This document shows, piece by piece, positions 61,627-64,000 of a DNA stretch of 64,000 bases; position 1 is the first letter of the stretch; every line of letters starts with the position of its first letter. Location: NCBI GenBank assembly GCA_965242695.1, contig CBDESU010000001.1, positions 864,001 through 928,000 of the forward strand. Direction: 5' to 3'. This DNA comes from Cenarchaeum sp. Its GTDB lineage: Archaea > Thermoproteota > Nitrososphaeria > Nitrososphaerales > Nitrosopumilaceae. Both the position numbers and the translations under genes were made by a program. Under the pieces are notes generated by a model. The model did not search any database and had not been told where the DNA came from. It saw nothing but the letters and a program-made list of their open reading frames with translations.

Positions 61627-63537
61627 GTGTCGGGTGAAGGCGGCAGAGCGGCCAGGCCGCGGATAAGGGTGCAGGGGGCGGCCCCGTTCGGCCAGCCCGG
61701 CGTGTACGAGGTCGTCATACACCTGGCCCGGGACAGGCCGACCGACGCCGAGATCGCCTCAAAGTCCATCCCGTCGCTGTGGAGCGGCAGCTTCCACCTG
61801 CGCGTGAGGGACGGCGCGTTTGACGAGATACTGGGGAGCGCCGACAACCCCATACCGGCCGAGGCGCTCGCGCTCAGGTCGGCGTGGGTGGTCGTGCTCG
61901 ACATGTTTTCTACCGTGCACTCGGCGTTCAGCATAGAGATCGGCGGCGGTGGGACGGAGGGCGCCGGAGGCGCAGCGGCTCCGCCCTCGCCGCCACCCCG
62001 GGCTGCGCCGCCGCCGCCGCCGGCCCGGCAGCCGTCCGCGCCATCGTCCGGCAGGGCTGCACCCGGGCGCTCTGGCCCCGCGGGCGAAAGGGGTCCGCGG
62101 GGGCCCGAGGGCCCGCCAGGCGAGGGCGGGCCGGCGGGCCCGCCCGGTGAAAAGGGGCCGCGCGGGCAGGCGGGGCCCGCAGGCGACAGGGGCCCGCCCG
62201 GCGCGCCCGGCGAAAAGGGCCCCGTCGGGCTGCCCGGCGACAGGGGGCAGCAGGGGCCGGCCGGCGAAAAGGGCCAGATCGGAGCGCCCGGCGAGCGCGG
62301 CGTGACCGGCGCGCCCGGAAGCCAGGGCGACAAGGGGCCGCCGGGCGCCAGGGGGCTGACGGGCGACAAGGGCGACAAGGGCGACAAGGGGCCTGCGGGC
62401 CCGCTGGGCGAAAAGGGCGAAAGGGGGCCTGCGGGCCCGCTGGGCGAGCGCGGGCCGGCGGGCCCCCGCGGACCTATAGGAGACAAGGGCGGCCAGGGGC
62501 CGACCGGCCCGCCAGGAGAAAAGGGACTGACCGGAGAGAGGGGGCCGGCCGGCGCAAAGGGCGAGACGGGACAGCAGGGGCCGCCGGGCGACAAGGGGAT
62601 TGGAGGGCCTCCGGGACCGTCGGGCCAAAAGGGACCGCTCGGTCCTCCGGGAGAGAGGGGCGTTGTCGGGCCAATCGGTGCGCAGGGGCCAAAGGGCCCG
62701 CAGGGACCGCCCGGCGAGGGCGGCATTACGGGGCCCATCGGGCCCGCAGGCGACAAGGGGATTACGGGACCGTCCGGCGAGCAGGGCCTGCAGGGGCCGC
62801 AGGGGCCGCCCGGCAAGGACGGCCCGCCGGGGGCGCCGGGCGAAAAGGGCGTGCAGGGCGCGCCCGGGGCGCAGGGCGAAAAGGGGCCGGTCGGAATACA
62901 GGGGGACAAGGGCGGCCAGGGGCCGCAGGGGCCGCAGGGCAAGCAGGGGCCGGTGGGGCCGCCGGGCGCGCCCGGCGACAAGGGGCCGACGGGGCCGCAG
63001 GGGCCGCAGGGCAAGCCAGGCGAGAACGGCCCGGTTGGCCCTCCGGGCGAGAGGGGGCCGCAGGGGCCGCAGGGCGAGTCTGGCGAAAAGGGCCTGACGG
63101 GCGTGCCCGGCCCGCAGGGCGAAAAGGGCGAAAAGGGCCCCGTCGGCCCGCAGGGCGAGAACGGCCCGCAGGGGCCCATCGGCCCGCAGGGCGAAAAGGG
63201 GCCGGTGGGCCCGCAGGGCCAGCAGGGCGAGAGGGGCCCGCAGGGGCAGCCCGGCGACAAGGGCCCGACGGGGCCGCAGGGCATACAGGGCCCGCAGGGC
63301 GAGAGGGGCCCGCAGGGACCGCAGGGACTCCCGGGCGAGCAGGGGCAGAGGGGCCCGCAGGGGACCATCGGCCCGCCCGGGCCGCGCGGCCCGCCGGGGC
63401 CGCCTGGCGAAAAGGGCAAGGCCGGCGGCATGACCGAGGAGCAAAAGGCGCTGTTCAAGGACCTCTTGGAGGTGCTAGTCTCGAAGAACCTGATCGCGAC
63501 CGAGGACCAGATACGGCTGATGAGCCACCTGTACTGA
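61627..63537 (+). CDS. Collagen-like protein
   Basis: About 152 Gly-X-Y triplets (62065-63432) between an N-terminal globular domain and a short C-terminal helix. Confidence 0.93.
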   Translation: MSGEGGRAARPRIRVQGAAPFGQPGVYEVVIHLARDRPTDAEIASKSIPSLWSGSFHLRVRDGAFDEILGSADNPIPAEALALRSAWVVVLDMFSTVHSAFSIEIGGGGTEGAGGAAAPPSPPPRAAPPPPPARQPSAPSSGRAAPGRSGPAGERGPRGPEGPPGEGGPAGPPGEKGPRGQAGPAGDRGPPGAPGEKGPVGLPGDRGQQGPAGEKGQIGAPGERGVTGAPGSQGDKGPPGARGLTGDKGDKGDKGPAGPLGEKGERGPAGPLGERGPAGPRGPIGDKGGQGPTGPPGEKGLTGERGPAGAKGETGQQGPPGDKGIGGPPGPSGQKGPLGPPGERGVVGPIGAQGPKGPQGPPGEGGITGPIGPAGDKGITGPSGEQGLQGPQGPPGKDGPPGAPGEKGVQGAPGAQGEKGPVGIQGDKGGQGPQGPQGKQGPVGPPGAPGDKGPTGPQGPQGKPGENGPVGPPGERGPQGPQGESGEKGLTGVPGPQGEKGEKGPVGPQGENGPQGPIGPQGEKGPVGPQGQQGERGPQGQPGDKGPTGPQGIQGPQGERGPQGPQGLPGEQGQRGPQGTIGPPGPRGPPGPPGEKGKAGGMTEEQKALFKDLLEVLVSKNLIATEDQIRLMSHLY

Positions 63538-63591
63538 CCGCGCACCGTACCCGCATGCTGTCCTTATATCGGAGCGGGCGCGCCGCCTCGC

Positions 63592-64000
63592 ATGGCACTG
63601 CGCCGCGCTTGGACGGGAGTGGCCGTGCTCGCGGCGGCGGCGGCGGCGGCCGCGGCGGTATTTGCCCTGCCCGCGCCAGAGCCCGCAGAGGCGGCATCGC
63701 ACCTCGCAGGAATGCGGCTTGACGGCCTGGCGGCCGGCGGCCACGCCGTCGCGCTCGAGTTTGCCGCGCAGCCCGAGGACGGCGCCGGAGGGGGCCCTGG
63801 GCAGCCCGGGATGCTGGCCCTCGCGGAGGGGCTCGTCAGGACAGAGTCGGGGCCGCTCGCGCTCGGCGGGGACGGCGCGCGCGTCATGGTGACAGGCGGC
63901 GGCACCATCGTAGTGCACTCGACGGACGGCCCCGCCGTCGTGTTTGCGGTTCCCGTCTGGACGGGGGGCGGTGATCCTGGCAGGTACAAGGTGACCGCGC
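63592..64000 (+). CDS. Secreted protein, partial (runs off the window)
   Basis: CTTATATC TATA about 25 nt upstream; MALRRAWTGVAVLAAAAAAAAAVFALPAPEPAEA signal-like N-terminus; no stop seen before 64000. Confidence 0.7.
   Translation, partial: MALRRAWTGVAVLAAAAAAAAAVFALPAPEPAEAASHLAGMRLDGLAAGGHAVALEFAAQPEDGAGGGPGQPGMLALAEGLVRTESGPLALGGDGARVMVTGGGTIVVHSTDGPAVVFAVPVWTGGGDPGRYKVTA

Noticed and set aside
61590-63545. 651-aa minus-strand Gly/Pro-rich ORF
   Set aside because: Antisense mirror of the collagen repeat.

Overview
High-GC archaeal window, most consistent with a Nitrosopumilaceae/Thaumarchaeota genome and plausibly a host-associated, Cenarchaeum-like lineage (inference from FEN1, Thi4, TATA-box leaderless genes and the CFI-box C-terminal sorting motif). 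A core backbone (ahcY, fen1, tRNA-Ser, tusA-like, trxB, thi4, sulfite/nitrite reductase, rhodanese, TPR and collagen-like genes) is interrupted by accessory islets. (1) A lower-GC Type IIG-like restriction-modification gene is split at a G13 tract. (2) A methyltransferase is broken by a 1.74-kb insertion carrying IS3 and IS110 remnants. (3) There are three toxin-antitoxin-like pairs: HEPN/MNT, GNAT, and a RelE-like toxin paired with an unusual SRA-wHTH-antitoxin fusion. (4) An expanded family of basic, double-module Cys4 zinc-finger genes has hypervariable loops (4 intact and 2 decayed copies); the tandem part ends in a perfect 34-bp x8.5 repeat in front of an AAA-DUF4143 ATPase. (5) Two tandem paralogous ~5,100-aa surface proteins fill about 31 kb and show mosaic identity. 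All calls come from motif recognition by eye; no searches were run.
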